A stretch of DNA of 62,262 bases, the filler included, from Basidiobolus ranarum (lineage: Eukaryota): assembly GCA_040143965.1 (NCBI GenBank). It is 31 parts of 31 records of this genome, joined end to end, with 100 filler letters (N's around TTAATTAATTAA, not from the genome) between each part and the next. Parts side by side here need not be neighbours in the genome. Positions count along the whole stretch, not along the records: positions 60,359 to 62,262 come from JASJQH010004116.1; 30 more parts are not named here. One strand, given 5' to 3'. Position 1 is the first letter of the stretch, and each line of letters opens with the position of its first letter. This document shows, one piece after another, positions 60,359 to 62,262 of the stretch. The translations under genes and the position numbers were made by a program. The notes under the pieces were generated by a model. It had not been told where the DNA came from. It saw nothing but the letters and a program-made list of their open reading frames with translations, and searched no databases.

Positions 60359-61925
60359 TAATGTCACTTCTACGATCACCTCTTCCCGAACTCCATTGAT
60401 GGCCATGTAAATGAAGTACATGAGTTTCAGTCACACCAGTTTCAACCACTCGGAACCTTACTGGATCACCAGCATAAGCACGGAAGACTGGGGTTGCTGG
60501 ATCACCAAATAGCCAGCTAGAGTGATGCTGCTCTTCACCGTTAACATTCGTCACTTTCCCTTCTCTGATCATTCTCCAGAGCGCTAGTTCACGATTTTTC
60601 ATCGGTTCAGAGCGATAGTTGAAAATATTGACGATAGGTGTTCCTGTAGTATTTGCTCCTGTACATGGGTCAATTGTTGGAGCGCGGTTGTTCTGAATTG
60701 CAACTCTATCTTGGAAGAATAGGGTGAATTCTCTGAATGGACAATCAGGATGAGAGTGTTGATCTTCTTCGGCATAGAAGTCATGTCTTTTTGGGCATCC
60801 TCCGTTTAAGGGATAAGGATGAATATCCACATGTATACCATCTACAGTTGGTTTTCCTGTGGTCGGGTCAGTCCAGAGAGAGCCTCTTGGCTCGACAATA
60901 ATGGCTCCAAATAGCCCATGGACTACAGTACCTGCTGGAGAGCCATCGTAAGAGCCACCATCAGAGATCAAGTAAGTTCCTTCCTTCAAACATGGCCATG
61001 TATATTCTATCACTTGACCTGAATTGAGTAAACTAGTAGGGTTACTTCCTACTGCAGTACCATCGCTCTTGATATCATACCCATACAGATATGGGTGCAT
61101 TCCAACCTCACGACCTTGAATATTGTTAGTGAATTTGACATGAAGTTTATCGCCTTGATTACAACGTAGCACGAGTGGTTTCACTAGAGGATCCATAGGT
61201 AGAGCACTAGAATTCTGACTCAAAAGTCCCAAAATGTTGTCACGATAATTGCTGAGATGTTCAAGATTCTCCTTCAAAGCAAACATGGCACCGTTGGCAT
61301 CAAAATCACCCCATGAGTTCATTACAATAGGCATAGGAATCGCTGCTACCTCGTAGAGACGAGTTTGAGGGACTAGTCTTTGTTTCATATCCGATCCACC
61401 TCGGCTATGAGTAGTAGCTGATTTACGACCAGTGGTAGCAGAGCTGCGATGAGGAGCAACATAGCCGCGGTGAGTATTAGCAGATTTACGACCAGTGGTA
61501 GCAGAGCTGCGATGAGGAGCAACATAGCCGCGGTGAGTATTAACAGATTTACGACCAGTGGAAGCAGAGCTGTGATGAGGCGCAACCTAGCCGCGGTGAG
61601 TATTGGCAGATTGTTGATGAGTGGTAGCAGTGCTGCGATGAGGGGCAACATAGCGGCGGCGAGTGATAACAGGGCTGCGATGAGGAGTCACATGGCTGCG
61701 ATGATGGGTCACATGGCTGCGATGGGTGGTAGCAGAGTTGTGATGAGCGATAGAAGAGCTGTGATGCTTCCCTCTCGATTTTCGACCTCTAGAATGAGAG
61801 CCATGACTTCTGTGGGCCGAGACATCTGGAAGGAGCAGACTTATTAGTAGTAGCACCAGCAACAAGTATGTCCAAGATGATGCCAATTGGTCGGTACTCT
61901 TTGATGATCGCTTCTTGAACATCAT
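60359..61925 (-). CDS. MnxG-like large multicopper oxidase with N-terminal signal peptide and His/Arg-rich repeats; one in-frame TAG (61587-61589); 3'-truncated
   Basis: GDFDANG, PLVLRCNQGD, SDGTAVG.N, HGLFGAIIVEP.GS.WTDP.TG, NYRSEP..NR, GEEQHHSSWLFGDPATP..RAY.GDP, ETHVLHLHGHQW. ORFs 61587-61925 and 60303-61388 share one frame. Confidence 0.82.
61420..61730 (-). repeat. Coding tandem repeats: four 63-bp units (RGYVAPHRSSATTGRKSANTH) plus 21-bp units (HRSHVT[H/P])
   Basis: 63-bp units start at 61420, 61483, 61546 and 61609. Confidence 0.9.
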
Positions 61926-62262
61926 GGAGCGACACCAGTATATACTCGAGCTGATAAGATTGAGTTGGAATGCACCTCATCTTATATGCTGCTAAAGTGT
62001 TAGTATTATTAGGATTGTTTCATGTTTTTTGACTTGAAAATATGAGGGACTTTAGCTTTAAGAGTTTGTATACGCATATAAACTTTAAGTTACGTATAGT
62101 TGAAACATACAACGTGTCAGTTTCAATCAAATCATATCTATCCAGGTAGTTAAGGCTTACGGATCCTTGAATTTGAAACTTTAGAGGGAATATTTGCCAT
62201 AGACCTGGTTGTTTGACTATCGTATCGGCGCATGACCCAATCAGCAATATCTTTACCAGCAG

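Noticed and set aside
61385-61847. Hydrophobic repeat ORF 61385-61651 (-) and ORF 61449-61847 (+)
   Set aside because: Alternative frames of the 63-bp repeats. The His-rich frame is the one continuous with both the signal peptide and the oxidase.

Overview
This window is not one locus. It is 31 unrelated contigs of about 1.9 kb (1920 down to 1904 bp, sorted by length), joined by artificial 100-nt linkers (44 N + TTAATTAATTAA + 44 N), so nothing can be inferred across a linker. Most contigs come from a repeat-rich, AT-rich fungal genome with short 48-76 nt GT-AG introns; an early-diverging (Zoopagomycota/Mucoromycota-like) host is an inference. Roughly two thirds are nested, CpG-depleted transposon relics: three Ty1/copia LTR families, Ty3/gypsy elements, a multi-ORF CACTA/EnSpm-type element and a PIF/Harbinger/IS5-like DDE element. 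Host genes include PRS1, an Mcr1-like cytochrome b5 reductase, the 3' end of pyruvate decarboxylase, two tandem AVT1-like transporters, Hsp31/DJ-1, an HSF-domain gene with a premature stop, a CBM19-type secreted protein and other secreted proteins. Three things stand out. (1) Contig 20171-22084 is intronless, CpG-rich and strongly C/G-skewed. It looks like a large-DNA-virus fragment: a catalytically degenerate uracil-DNA glycosylase head-to-head with a TFIIS-like zinc-ribbon gene (start codons overlapping in one CATG), then an acidic orphan ORF. (2) A Bacillus MnxG-type multicopper oxidase fused in frame to a signal peptide and His/Arg-rich tandem repeats. (3) Two decayed NRPS-like adenylation domains missing from the ORF track. 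All homology calls are from motif recognition by eye; no searches were run.
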